IMG/VR virus record: IMGVR_UViG_3300036798_000156
Location: 1 to 47,723 of that record
Reading direction: 5' to 3' (one strand)
DNA length: 47,723 nt
DNA from: a virus
Taxonomy: Duplodnaviria > Caudoviricetes
Shown: one piece after another, positions 16,498-26,443 of the stretch
Layout of the letters: the number at the start of each line of letters is the position of its first letter
How positions within the stretch are numbered: the stretch's first letter is position 1
Position numbers and translations under genes: made by a program
Notes under the pieces: model-generated
Database searches by the model: none
The model's input: the letters and a program-made list of their open reading frames with translations, nothing else
Told to the model about the DNA's origin: nothing

Positions 16498-17052
16498 ATG
16501 CAGGGAATGGAGGTTGTTCCTCCAGCCAGCAAGAAATCTGGCCAGCCTGATAATTGGGATTTCTTTGATGACGGAGTTTGGTTCTCCGCCCCCGATCGGT
16601 TCGCCCTGGCTGCAAAAGTTCGAGATCACCGCGAGGCGAATAACCAACCTTTAGGCAATCCACTGCAAGAGGTTTTGGATTTCAATATAGCCAAAACCCG
16701 CACAGTTCATCCTAAGAAAATCGACCGCACCCTTCGCGAGCTTGTGGTCAAGTGGCTTGAGTCCAAGCTACGAACCAAACCAAAATACGTTGACCTGGAT
16801 GAGGCCAATAGGCGGGCGGCAATCTGCGCGACTTGCCCTAGAAACATAATGGGTTGGCAGGAGGGCGAGAAATGCGTCCGTTGCAAGGAAAACGCAAACC
16901 GGGCTACGGCAATCATCCTTATGGGTCGCCCACAGCACCGCCCGATTGGCGCCTGCGAGTTACTAAAGCAATCCAACACTGCCGCAGTGTGGTTAGATGA
17001 AGCTAAGGTTCAGGACGAAAACCTTCCAGATTTCTGCTGGAGGAAGGCTTGA
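16498..17052 (+). CDS. Cys-rich metal-binding protein
   Basis: R..IC..CP, CVRC, AC, FCW. Confidence 0.65.
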   Translation: MQGMEVVPPASKKSGQPDNWDFFDDGVWFSAPDRFALAAKVRDHREANNQPLGNPLQEVLDFNIAKTRTVHPKKIDRTLRELVVKWLESKLRTKPKYVDLDEANRRAAICATCPRNIMGWQEGEKCVRCKENANRATAIILMGRPQHRPIGACELLKQSNTAAVWLDEAKVQDENLPDFCWRKA

Positions 17053-17057
17053 GAATT

Positions 17058-17085
17058 TTGACTTAAGTTCTTTATGGAGCAATCT
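17058..17085 (+). promoter_or_regulatory. promoter TTGACT-N16-CAATCT
   Basis: lies directly after a stop codon; ATG at 17095. Confidence 0.45.
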
Positions 17086-17094
17086 TGTCCTTTA

Positions 17095-17265
17095 ATGCAA
17101 CTAGAACGCGAAAAGGCGCTTCAAGATGTTCAGAATATTCCCTGGGAAGCCTCCGAGGAAGTGATCGGAGAGTGGTTTAATGTTTGGTGGTCGTCCGAGG
17201 GTTTAACGAGCTTCGAGAAGTTCCTTCAAAGCAGAGGAATTAATGTAACAGAAGATGCCCGCTAA
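17095..17265 (+). CDS. hypothetical protein (start 17074 or 17095)
   Basis: operonic ORF. Confidence 0.5.
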   Translation: MQLEREKALQDVQNIPWEASEEVIGEWFNVWWSSEGLTSFEKFLQSRGINVTEDAR

Positions 17266-18550
17266 ATCACAAGCCCAACAAAGACTGATGGCTGCTTGTG
17301 AACACGGTGCTGGCTGGTCGAGTTGTCCGAATATGACACACCAGCAGTTTCACGATTTTGCCGCCACGCCAAGAACCGGACTACCGGTGCATGTTAGGAA
17401 AAAATATGATGATGGCGGGGTTTCCGATTATGACTCAGCGTGGGCCAGTATGTCCCCACCACATGGAACAAAATTAACGACCGCAAATTTAAGCGGGATC
17501 ATGCCACCGATTACAAACATTCCAATGAAAGTGCCTCAGGGATTTAATAATTTTCCGCCCGAAATACAAGATGCCTACAACAAATATTCCAACGCATTTA
17601 GTTCCGGAAGCATTACATGGCCTCAATTTCAACAGTCCATGAGACAGCTTGGGATTGGCCCTGGTGATATTACCCGAAGTTCAACTCCAGTTAACCAAAT
17701 GCAAACTGGGGGCATGGCGCAGCAAGGAAATACAGACCCCCTTCCTTCATCTCAATATGGTTCCGATACAATTCCTGCCGCACTGACGCCAGGAGAAATG
17801 ATTTTAACACCAGACCAGCAAAGCGCAGTCGCGCCCATTCCGGGTCAGCAGCACAAACTTAAACCCGACCAACTCGCAAAGTTTCACGCAATACACGGCT
17901 CAACTAACTGGGCGCACGTTCACAGAACTGGGTTTCAAGACGGCGGGGTCGCGAGCCTGGAGCAGCAATATCAGAATCCAGATTTATCCTACGAGGAACG
18001 ACGGGCGATTTACCTTAAGATTCTACAAGCCAGAGGCATTACACCATCTCAAACTCAGCCGCCAAACATGGCAACTCCAACTCCAACTCCATTCAAGAAT
18101 GGGGGAGTTGTTTGGTTTAGGAGATTTCACGGAGGTGGAAATGCTGGAGACGGCATAGAAATATCTGGACAAGACCCGTTTGGTTCGATACCTCATGGTT
18201 TCGGGCCAGCTAGTAACACATCTCCAAAGGCCCAAGGCCCTCCGGATCAATGGTCTCCCCCGGGAGATTTAAACCAAAACCCGGACAAAGGCGACGCAGG
18301 ACGCGGCGGAAGAGAGGGCTGGTATAACCAGGGATGGGATAGCTGGAGCGGGGCGCCAACACTGTCTGGTCTATATGGGCAACCACAGAGTTTCGGCACA
18401 TCACCAGATGTAAATTATGGAGCATTCGGCGACACGAAATTACCAACGTGGTGGGTTAATTATCCTGATGTCGGAAACGTTCCAATGGCCATTCCTTACG
18501 GGCCAGCGGCCGGAACCGATAATTACGGATCAGGTGAGAAAGACGACTAA
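17255..18550 (+). CDS. low-complexity protein with repeated [FYM]xxGG motifs, probably virion-associated
   Basis: MPAKSQAQQR N-terminus (DUF3008-like); YDDGGV, MQTGGM, FQDGGV, FKNGGV, FHGGG; GSDTIPAALTPGEMIL. Confidence 0.6.
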   Translation: MPAKSQAQQRLMAACEHGAGWSSCPNMTHQQFHDFAATPRTGLPVHVRKKYDDGGVSDYDSAWASMSPPHGTKLTTANLSGIMPPITNIPMKVPQGFNNFPPEIQDAYNKYSNAFSSGSITWPQFQQSMRQLGIGPGDITRSSTPVNQMQTGGMAQQGNTDPLPSSQYGSDTIPAALTPGEMILTPDQQSAVAPIPGQQHKLKPDQLAKFHAIHGSTNWAHVHRTGFQDGGVASLEQQYQNPDLSYEERRAIYLKILQARGITPSQTQPPNMATPTPTPFKNGGVVWFRRFHGGGNAGDGIEISGQDPFGSIPHGFGPASNTSPKAQGPPDQWSPPGDLNQNPDKGDAGRGGREGWYNQGWDSWSGAPTLSGLYGQPQSFGTSPDVNYGAFGDTKLPTWWVNYPDVGNVPMAIPYGPAAGTDNYGSGEKDD

Positions 18551-21039
18551 TGGATAACAAGCTTCCTGCCGTTACGGAAACTAATTACGGCGTCAACAAT
18601 CCAGAGGTAACTGTAGAGGGATCAAGTCTTAAAGTAGGACGCAGGGCTGTATCAAGCGACGATCAGGCATGGCAGTGTTACTGGAACCTTAAGCACAATC
18701 AGGAAAAGCGAAACATCGTTAATGCTAAAATAGCCGAGCGATACACAGGCAAGAGGCCTCGCGACCCAAGCACCCTTAAGAACGAAGGAAGGTCATGGCA
18801 ATCAAACTTCCCAACAGGAATGCTGGAGGGAATTATCAATCGAATCGTTCCCAACTTTCTTAACGCTGTCGAACAACAGCAATACCTTACCCAGGCAAAA
18901 CTTCCAGACCAAATCGATGGCAAGGACGTTGTTGATAAAGACAGCAAGGAAAATATTTTCAGGGATGTTTTTACCCGAAAAGTAAAGTCGTGGCGAGAGT
19001 GGCGTAATTTCAATGCCGCTTTAGCTACTGAATTAGTGTTGATTGGATATTTGTATACCCTTTACACGGATGAAGACACGCCATGGCCTATGTTCGCCAG
19101 ACAAGATCAGGCCTGGGTTCACGAAGGATCGCCCCAGTTCGCTGATTACCTTCAGACATTCTCTTACGAACAGCCCATCTTAATCAACCAATTAATCAAG
19201 CTCGTAAAAAACAGAACCGCGGATGATGGATCAGGCTGGAGGCTGGAAAATGTGGCCGCAGCACTAAACAATGCAATGCCTCTTGATAGGACTCAAGGCA
19301 GGAAAAACGCAGACACAACCCAGATTCGTGCATTCGTTGACCTTATTCGTGAATCTTCCACTGCTGATTCGTTTGTGGCTGGAGCCAAGGGGATTTATTT
19401 GGGCCACCTTTATGTCATAGAGCCAGACGAAGAGAAAGGAAAAGGAAATGTAACCCACTACATGCTCGACGTTGCAACGAAAAAGGTTTTGTTTAGTCGC
19501 GAGCGCAGATTCGATACAATGGGTGATGTGGTTACACTATTCACTCTTGAGCCAGGTAACAATAAATTTTATGGATCGAAGGGAGTGGGGCGCATGTTAG
19601 CCAACCTTTCAATCGGAGTTGATGAGTTAGTAAATGATGCGGTCAGCCAGATGAAAATGTCGGGCATGATGGTCATCAAAACTGACTCATCCAAGACCGC
19701 TATCAACGCCAACATCAAGGTGAGGGCACCTTTCGCAATCGTAAATGCCGATGGAACTTTAGAGAAAGAACAGTTCCCTACAGACATCGAGGGATTCGTT
19801 TCCCTTTACGAGCAACTTACTAAAATTGCCGAAGTGGCGGTAGGGGCATACATTCCTAATGTTCTGGCCTCCGACCCGTCTCAGGGCAGGCGAACAGCAA
19901 GGGAATCCACAATTGATTATTCACGCGAACTTCAATCCCAATCGGCATACATAGCAAGGTTCGTTGGGCAATACCAAGGCGAGATGTTGCACAAGGTTCA
20001 GAAGCGACTTGGTAAGAGAGATTCCACCGATGATGACGCCAAGTCCTTCAGGGCTGAATTACTAGAGAAGAAACTCAGTGACAAAGAAATTGATTTGCTT
20101 TGCGAAAGTCCTGCCGTTGAAAGCATCAGCGATAGTAGCTCCCAACAAGCGCAGTCCATTGCCATGCTCGCAACCGAACTTGCAGGTAACCCAATGATCG
20201 ACCAGAAGAAAGTTCTGGAAGCTAAAATCGTAAATCAGGCCAGCCCAGATATCGCCAAGGATTGGATATTGACTGACGCAGAAGACCAGACAATTCAAGC
20301 CGAGGCAATAAGCAAGCAATTACTGGAATGTGTTGCCATGGAGGACGGCACGCCAATGCCTGTTTCTCCGCGTGACGCGCATGAGATTCACCTTAAGACA
20401 CAGATCGGAAAACTTCAGCCAGTTCTTCAGGGACTCGTAGGCGCTATTGGAGAAGACCCAAGTCAAATCGATCCCAAAGACCTGGACGCATTGAACCTAA
20501 ATTTAGCTCACGGAGAGGCCCATATTCAATACATGCAAAAGGGTGGCATTAAGGACGAGGAACTAAAGACCGCGACCGCATTCTTCAAATTCTTGGATAA
20601 GGTGATCACGAAAGCTGCCCAAGCCCAACAAGAACAGGCAGCACAGGCCCAAGACGTTTTACAAAAACAACACGACATTATGCTTCGGGACCATCTGGGA
20701 ATGCCCCAGCCCGGCGCACCTGGGCAGGGAGACCCATCTCAGGACAACTCCGGACTGCCGGAGGGTGTAACACCACAAACCTTACAAGGAATGCCTCCGG
20801 GCACACCTCCTCACATGGCGAAGATCGCGCTTTCAATCACATACAAAGATGCACCACCACATATCCAACGACAGATCGAGAAGGCGGCAGGGTTTGACAC
20901 TACTGGACTCCCTGACGAGGCGTCGCAGCCTACTACACCGCCTCCTACTTCTACCATTCCACCTGCTCAAACTACTGGCGCGCAAGCACCTAGCACAGTA
21001 GTTCCCCCAGCCCAAGCAGGGACTCAGCCGAAAGTGTGA
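18550..21039 (+). CDS. portal protein (podovirus-type) with a Pro/Gln-rich tail
   Basis: 829 aa between terminase and scaffold/capsid; FYGSKGVG and RTARE motifs as in P22/T7-like portals. Confidence 0.75.
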   Translation: MDNKLPAVTETNYGVNNPEVTVEGSSLKVGRRAVSSDDQAWQCYWNLKHNQEKRNIVNAKIAERYTGKRPRDPSTLKNEGRSWQSNFPTGMLEGIINRIVPNFLNAVEQQQYLTQAKLPDQIDGKDVVDKDSKENIFRDVFTRKVKSWREWRNFNAALATELVLIGYLYTLYTDEDTPWPMFARQDQAWVHEGSPQFADYLQTFSYEQPILINQLIKLVKNRTADDGSGWRLENVAAALNNAMPLDRTQGRKNADTTQIRAFVDLIRESSTADSFVAGAKGIYLGHLYVIEPDEEKGKGNVTHYMLDVATKKVLFSRERRFDTMGDVVTLFTLEPGNNKFYGSKGVGRMLANLSIGVDELVNDAVSQMKMSGMMVIKTDSSKTAINANIKVRAPFAIVNADGTLEKEQFPTDIEGFVSLYEQLTKIAEVAVGAYIPNVLASDPSQGRRTARESTIDYSRELQSQSAYIARFVGQYQGEMLHKVQKRLGKRDSTDDDAKSFRAELLEKKLSDKEIDLLCESPAVESISDSSSQQAQSIAMLATELAGNPMIDQKKVLEAKIVNQASPDIAKDWILTDAEDQTIQAEAISKQLLECVAMEDGTPMPVSPRDAHEIHLKTQIGKLQPVLQGLVGAIGEDPSQIDPKDLDALNLNLAHGEAHIQYMQKGGIKDEELKTATAFFKFLDKVITKAAQAQQEQAAQAQDVLQKQHDIMLRDHLGMPQPGAPGQGDPSQDNSGLPEGVTPQTLQGMPPGTPPHMAKIALSITYKDAPPHIQRQIEKAAGFDTTGLPDEASQPTTPPPTSTIPPAQTTGAQAPSTVVPPAQAGTQPKV

Positions 21040-21060
21040 CAACTTTTAAGCCTGGAATTA

Positions 21061-21089
21061 TTGACTTCTTTACAGGTTTGGCATAGAAT
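21061..21089 (+). promoter_or_regulatory. promoter TTGACT-N17-TAGAAT
   Basis: near-consensus, intergenic. Confidence 0.7.
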
Positions 21090-21101
21090 TCATGCACAAA
21101 G

Positions 21102-21359
21102 ATGTGGACTAACAAAGACACTGCGTTCCTGAAAAAGTTCCTTGAATCAGATACAGGCCTCAAGGTAATCGATGCAGTCAAGGCCAAAGAACCTGTTATG
21201 GATTCAGATACGCTTGAAGGTCGCGCCTTGCAAGCAGCGGAATTTTCGCAGTATCGAAAAAACGTGAAACTAATCAAAGACCTTTTGGTAATTAGCCCTG
21301 AGGCTAAAAAAGTCAAAGACCAATATATCGAAATGGAAGACCTGGACGTTAAAGAATGA
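21102..21359 (+). CDS. small post-portal protein
   Basis: size and position typical of the gene between portal and scaffold. Confidence 0.65.
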   Translation: MWTNKDTAFLKKFLESDTGLKVIDAVKAKEPVMDSDTLEGRALQAAEFSQYRKNVKLIKDLLVISPEAKKVKDQYIEMEDLDVKE

Positions 21360-21559
21360 AAAAACCCAAAAAGAAAACCATCAAACTAGGTAAAGGTAAA
21401 TCGATTAAGATTGTCCCTGGATATCTACATCGAGCTACTGGCACTCCGCTAGGACAGCCGATTCCGGCAGAAAAGAAGGAGGCCGCCTTACGCAGTAGCA
21501 ACCCCCGAACCCGTAAAGCCGCCGAGCTTGCCAAGACGATGGCCGGATGGCACAAATAA
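21356..21559 (+). CDS. small basic phage protein
   Basis: PG.LH...G.P.G..IP......A.......K.A.LA.T pattern. Confidence 0.65.
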   Translation: MKKPKKKTIKLGKGKSIKIVPGYLHRATGTPLGQPIPAEKKEAALRSSNPRTRKAAELAKTMAGWHK

Positions 21560-21562
21560 TAT

Positions 21563-22879
21563 ATGGCCGAAGAACAAGAAATAATAGAACCACAGTTGCC
21601 TCCTAATGCAGAAGACGCCATGCGATCCTTGCTTGAGGTTGCTCCCGAAGTGCAACCTGAGGTTAAGAAAGAAGATAAACCTGGAGAAAGCCCTCCTCCA
21701 GTTGATGAAAAACCACCAGTCAAACCCGACGATGTTGTCCCACCTAAAGCGGATGAGAAGCCGATTGTTGAGCCACCAATTGAGCCAGTTGTTGAAGATA
21801 AATTTGATTCCGAAATAGACGCCGAGGAACTTCCTCCTAACGCCTCCGAGAAATCCAAGAAGGGATTTGCTACGGTCAAAAGCCGGGCGAAGGCCGAACA
21901 TAAGGCGAGAGTCGAGGCCGAGCAAAGGACAGCCAAGATAGAGGCAGAACGTCAAGCAGAAGCCGAGCGCATCAAAGACCTTGAATCCAAACTGCCTACT
22001 CCTGAACAAATCCAAAGGCAGAAGGAACTGGAACAATTCCATCAGACGTTTGGGCTTGAAAATGACCCTGCTCTTTCTGCGCCATTCGATCAGAGAGTAG
22101 TTTCAGCCAACCAATCCCTTGAGGGAGTCATGAAGCAGCTTGGTGTTCCGGACGGAACAATAAAGTTCATCAACGAGAATGGTGGGTTATATAGCTTTAG
22201 AATGTCGAACACTAGGATGCCGCAGAACGTCAAAAACAAAGACGGCACGCCCATGACGCAAGGTCAGTTTTACAAGTTATACATCGAACCTAATTTGTCG
22301 GACGCCCAGAAGGAAGAAGTTTCAGACGCCTACACGGAAATCAGAAAGGCCCACAGAGACAAACAGCAAGCAGTTGATCACCTAAAATCTAACAGGGGAG
22401 AGTTTCTTAAGAAGAGGGAGGAATCAGTTAAGGCCGCCCAACAGGATTGGGTAGACAGAGTAGGCAAACACTCCGAGGTCGTGAAGAAATCATACGGAGA
22501 AGCTGCCGTATTGAAAGACATCCCTCCCGACGCCACGCCTGAACAGAAGAAGGCAATCGAGGCGCACAACGCGAGCTATCGCAAGGCCGAGGCCAGGGCA
22601 CTGAAAATCATTTCAGAAGTCACTCCGGAAAACCTTGTAGAGGCCGCCATCGCCGCAGGATATGTTGATATCATGAAGGACAAAGTTCTGGACGTATCAA
22701 ATGAACTGGAAAAGGTCAAGGCAGACAGAGATAGCTACAAAACCAAATACGAAGACTTGAAAAATGCTGGAAAGACTTACAAGGCCCGCGTTGAAGGCGC
22801 CCCCGCTAACGTCAACATCAAGCATTTCAAAACAGCCGGGGATGCCATGACAGCCCTCGTAGAAGCAAATATGGAATAA
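21563..22879 (+). CDS. probable capsid scaffolding protein
   Basis: acidic Pro-rich N-terminus, long coiled coils, position before the capsid gene. Confidence 0.65.
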   Translation: MAEEQEIIEPQLPPNAEDAMRSLLEVAPEVQPEVKKEDKPGESPPPVDEKPPVKPDDVVPPKADEKPIVEPPIEPVVEDKFDSEIDAEELPPNASEKSKKGFATVKSRAKAEHKARVEAEQRTAKIEAERQAEAERIKDLESKLPTPEQIQRQKELEQFHQTFGLENDPALSAPFDQRVVSANQSLEGVMKQLGVPDGTIKFINENGGLYSFRMSNTRMPQNVKNKDGTPMTQGQFYKLYIEPNLSDAQKEEVSDAYTEIRKAHRDKQQAVDHLKSNRGEFLKKREESVKAAQQDWVDRVGKHSEVVKKSYGEAAVLKDIPPDATPEQKKAIEAHNASYRKAEARALKIISEVTPENLVEAAIAAGYVDIMKDKVLDVSNELEKVKADRDSYKTKYEDLKNAGKTYKARVEGAPANVNIKHFKTAGDAMTALVEANME

Positions 22880-22880
22880 T

Positions 22881-23567
22881 ATGGAACTAACCAAAATCGT
22901 TTTAAACAAGATCAAAGAACTAGGCGCCACAAAAGCCGCTGCATACTTCGGGGTGTCCGTCCCAACAATCTATTCTTGGAAGTCTAAGAAGAACCCTCCT
23001 GTCAATGCCGCGCAAAAGGTTTTCGATGAGATCACAATGGATTGTGAAGGTAAATTGAAGCTTCCCGGCGAAAAAGGTTGTGCTACAACTCAATCAAAAT
23101 TCCCCGGCCCAAAGGTCAATGTGAAAAAACCCATCACCGAGGAATGGATTTTAGGCCAGCCTAAAACCGTTGATTACGTAGCCGTTCAAGAGTTGAGAAA
23201 ATTCATGTCTCAGACTAATGACAGATTCGCTCTCATAAACGAGGGCCTGGTTGCAATCTCTCACGCTATCCTTAGAGGAGATGCCCGTGAGTTGAGATTC
23301 TGGGCGATGAAGTCCACAGACCCGGATGCGAAAACACCTGTCACCAGCGGAATTAATCCCTTCAAGAATCCGGAATCAGGCATGGTTGTCAAATCTGCCG
23401 TAGAGATTCTTGGCACCGCTCCGGTTCCGGCCAACTTGCCAAAAAATGATAACTGGAACGAACCAGAGAATCCCGCTGGTAAGCGGGCAGATAATTGGAA
23501 CACTCCAATCAATCCAGTCGAAAACATAAATCGAGACGAAGCGTGGAATAAGCCGCTAGATAAATAA
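22881..23567 (+). CDS. Cro-like HTH protein with C-terminal NWN repeats
   Basis: GATKAAAYFGVSVPTIYSWK; NDNWNEP/ADNWNTP/EAWNKP. Confidence 0.6.
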   Translation: MELTKIVLNKIKELGATKAAAYFGVSVPTIYSWKSKKNPPVNAAQKVFDEITMDCEGKLKLPGEKGCATTQSKFPGPKVNVKKPITEEWILGQPKTVDYVAVQELRKFMSQTNDRFALINEGLVAISHAILRGDARELRFWAMKSTDPDAKTPVTSGINPFKNPESGMVVKSAVEILGTAPVPANLPKNDNWNEPENPAGKRADNWNTPINPVENINRDEAWNKPLDK

Positions 23568-23571
23568 CCCC

Positions 23572-24336
23572 TTGAAAAGGTTACTTCTAGATATTGAAAC
23601 GTGTCCCAATGTTGGCTTTTTCTGGACAGCCGGATACAAGATCGACATTTCCTACGAGCAGATTCTTCAGGAACGCCGCATCATCACTGCTGCATTCAAG
23701 TGGCAAGGCAAGAATAAAGTTTATGCCCTCGATTGGAACAACAAACAACGGGACGATGAGAAGATCATCAAAGAACTGCTGCCCGTAATGAATGAAGCGG
23801 ATGAGATTGTGGCTCATTACGGAAATGGGTTTGATTTGCCTTGGGTGAGAACCCGGGCGTTGTTTCATGGCGTTGTGTCGCCAATATGGAAATCGGTAGA
23901 CACCAAGGCATGGTCTTCTAAATATTTCCTGCTTAATTCCAATAAGCTAGATTACCTGGCCCAGTATTTAGGCGTGGGCACTAAAATCAGGACTGACTAC
24001 GACTTATGGAAGATTGCCACCATGGGTTCAATCAAGGACGGGCAAAAGGTTCTTGAAAAGATGGTAGCATACAATAAGCACGACGTTGAGTTACTTGAAC
24101 CCGTCTATGACAAATTGAGTTTGTATTGTCCTCTATACACTCACGCGGGTGTATTGGAAGGCCGTCCACGGTGGACTTGCGTAAGATGTGCCAGTGAGCA
24201 TGTCAAACGAAAGCATGTATTATCAAGCGCGGCAGGCATAATTTCCTACCAGATGCAATGCTGTGACTGCAAAAAATATTACAACATCAGCGGAGCGGTG
24301 TATAAAAAATTCCTAAAACGAGATGACAGCCTATAA
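23572..24336 (+). CDS. RNase H-fold 3'-5' exonuclease (DnaQ/YprB-like) with a C-terminal zinc ribbon
   Basis: LDIET, HYG..FDLP, NKLDYLA..LG, YNKHDV; CVRC...C.DC. Confidence 0.85.
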   Translation: MKRLLLDIETCPNVGFFWTAGYKIDISYEQILQERRIITAAFKWQGKNKVYALDWNNKQRDDEKIIKELLPVMNEADEIVAHYGNGFDLPWVRTRALFHGVVSPIWKSVDTKAWSSKYFLLNSNKLDYLAQYLGVGTKIRTDYDLWKIATMGSIKDGQKVLEKMVAYNKHDVELLEPVYDKLSLYCPLYTHAGVLEGRPRWTCVRCASEHVKRKHVLSSAAGIISYQMQCCDCKKYYNISGAVYKKFLKRDDSL

Positions 24337-24715
24337 TGCAGTCCAGTTTCATTTCAAAACTCGCGTTCCCCTCTATGACGAGCTAGAGATTCATCTAGTC
24401 ATCGCCAAAGACATTGCCATCGCACACGCGGCTTTAAAGATTCCCTTTCAGTCAGATTGTGCCCGCAGGGGAGGAGAAACTCATATGGACGAGGGATCGT
24501 TTGACGTATATCTGATTATCAATGAAGACCACATTACCTACGAATGGCTAGGTCATGAGTTGAGCCACGTTGTTAATGCTATCGCCGGCAGGGTAGGGAT
24601 TGACGCCAGTAGAGATAACGACGAAGCGGATGCAAGGATAGCAGGCTTTCTTCATGCCTGGGTGTATAAAATTCTTGAAAAGTCAGGACTGAAAGTGACT
24701 CACAAACCTCAGTAA
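24323..24715 (+). CDS. HExxH metalloprotein
   Basis: GHELSH ... DEADA. Confidence 0.6.
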   Translation: MTAYNAVQFHFKTRVPLYDELEIHLVIAKDIAIAHAALKIPFQSDCARRGGETHMDEGSFDVYLIINEDHITYEWLGHELSHVVNAIAGRVGIDASRDNDEADARIAGFLHAWVYKILEKSGLKVTHKPQ

Positions 24716-24717
24716 AT

Positions 24718-24746
24718 TTGACAGGTGTGCCATTCTGGCATACTTT
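24718..24746 (+). promoter_or_regulatory. capsid operon promoter TTGACA-N17-TACTTT
   Basis: consensus -35 directly after a stop codon. Confidence 0.65.
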
Positions 24747-24752
24747 CTGTCT

Positions 24753-24908
24753 CAGAGGTTAATACCGGGAAACGCCTCGCCCGGCGCGACATCGTGTCTG
24801 ACTCGCGTAAGCCGAAAGGCAAAGACTCTTTAACCAAAAACGGCAAGCCGCCGTTTCTTCTTGGGAAGAGTCGATTGGCTTGTCATAACCAAAAATTTGA
24901 AAGCCAAT
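24753..24908 (+). ncRNA. highly structured 5' leader of the capsid gene
   Basis: four hairpins plus a helix that covers the start codon. Confidence 0.55.
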
Positions 24909-26139
24909 GTATCCAAATGACTGTCTCGAACCACAAGATGTGGTCGATTTAGCTAATAAGGATGTGAACAGGCTCATTGGGGAAATCGGCAACTTTATGT
25001 TGCGTTCAGACCCCTATATGAATTTGTTTACAGGAGGCACCCTGCCGAACGTTTCGGAATCTGTCCGAACGGTTGTGCCGGAACGTGCCCTTCCTGGCAC
25101 ATCTCTTGTTAAGCCAGTGTTCGTAAACAGTGAAGACGCATGTTTACTTCCTGGTGAAGTGACCCAGGCAGGTTCGACCGAGTTTACGTCTCGGTTGCAG
25201 ACCCACCGTGAGAGAGGTCCCCGTGTTTGCGTGAAATCCACGCGAACCCAGTGGCCGGGTTCATATCAATCCTTGATCAACTCACTCAAGGAATCAATGC
25301 GTGAAGTTATAGCTTCAGATGGACGTTCCATCCTGTTGTTCTCCGGTGGTGATAAACTTACCGTTACAACTGGACAGACGTTTGCGGCCTCGTTTGCGGG
25401 AACAGTGAATGCTCTCGGAACGAACTTCGTGAACCTTGTTCCAACTGGCAATATTAGCTTCGGCGGACTTCAGTATCTTGCCCAACACATGCGGGAAACG
25501 CTAGACGTTGAACCGTATGAAGGCGAGAGCGCGGAAGGTTCAATGCTGGCAATTTTCTCACAGGAACAGCTTGCCCACTTCAGAGATGAAACGGGTATTC
25601 GTGCCGACGTTCAGGCGTTGACCACGGGCCGTTACCAAATGGGAGATGAAACAATTGAGGGGTATTCCTTTAAGGGACCTTACCACGCAATTGCTTTCGG
25701 CATGGATCGCAAACCTTTGCGAGCTTCTGGAACCGTTACGGTTGCCACGAATGCCATTGACCCTAATACGGGAGTATTGAACACGGGTTCTCCTTATCAG
25801 ACCCCTGTGTTTGTAGAACCGTATGTCGCTGTCACCACCACAAAGGGAACTTCGGCTCGTCCGAATCCAGCGTGGGTGTCTGCCGGGTTTGAAATTGGAT
25901 TCCTGGTAGGACAACGATCCTTCTCACGAAGGGTTCCGGAGTCTTATCGTATACCTGGTATGGAGTTTAATCCTCCTATCGCCAACACAGGCTTGAAATT
26001 CAAGCTTCTGTCCGATGCGGATTGTAACTTCTGGGAAGACCTTGGACAACATCGTTATGAGATCGAAAGGGCTTATATCCCTCAGTCTCCACACTCTGTT
26101 GCCGCTATTCTTTACGCCAGAGCCGGATTCACGTTCTAA
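24907..26139 (+). CDS. major capsid protein
   Basis: 410 aa, downstream of the scaffold, own promoter, strong terminator immediately after. Confidence 0.75.
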   Translation: MYPNDCLEPQDVVDLANKDVNRLIGEIGNFMLRSDPYMNLFTGGTLPNVSESVRTVVPERALPGTSLVKPVFVNSEDACLLPGEVTQAGSTEFTSRLQTHRERGPRVCVKSTRTQWPGSYQSLINSLKESMREVIASDGRSILLFSGGDKLTVTTGQTFAASFAGTVNALGTNFVNLVPTGNISFGGLQYLAQHMRETLDVEPYEGESAEGSMLAIFSQEQLAHFRDETGIRADVQALTTGRYQMGDETIEGYSFKGPYHAIAFGMDRKPLRASGTVTVATNAIDPNTGVLNTGSPYQTPVFVEPYVAVTTTKGTSARPNPAWVSAGFEIGFLVGQRSFSRRVPESYRIPGMEFNPPIANTGLKFKLLSDADCNFWEDLGQHRYEIERAYIPQSPHSVAAILYARAGFTF

Positions 26140-26161
26140 TCTGTAACAATCAACCCCTAAT

Positions 26162-26193
26162 CCCGGTCTCTCTAACAAGAGGGACCGGGTTTT
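26162..26193 (+). terminator. Rho-independent terminator
   Basis: CCCGGTCTCTCT-AACA-AGAGGGACCGGG-TTTT. Confidence 0.85.
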
Positions 26194-26200
26194 AGACCAA

Positions 26201-26443
26201 ATGATACAGAACCCCGCCGGCAAAAGAAATCCTACACAAACCGACGATGTTCTTACATCAATTAGGGATGCCCTCGGCATCCTTCAGACACCAACAGTTC
26301 AAGGTGGCCCTACTTACCTTGTAGGACTTGTTTGGTATATAGGCGACCATGCCAGGTTCACAGCATTGCCTAATGGCGTAAAGTTAGAAATTCTTCAAGA
26401 TTCAAGTGGAAACTGGATCGAGCAATCAAGGTGGACGGAATGA
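26201..26443 (+). CDS. small structural-region protein
   Basis: follows the capsid terminator; ATGA overlap with the next gene. Confidence 0.6.
   Translation: MIQNPAGKRNPTQTDDVLTSIRDALGILQTPTVQGGPTYLVGLVWYIGDHARFTALPNGVKLEILQDSSGNWIEQSRWTE

Noticed and set aside
24725-24992. ORFs 24725-24952 (+) and 24759-24992 (-)
   Set aside because: They overlap the promoter, structured leader and capsid start, with no protein-like features
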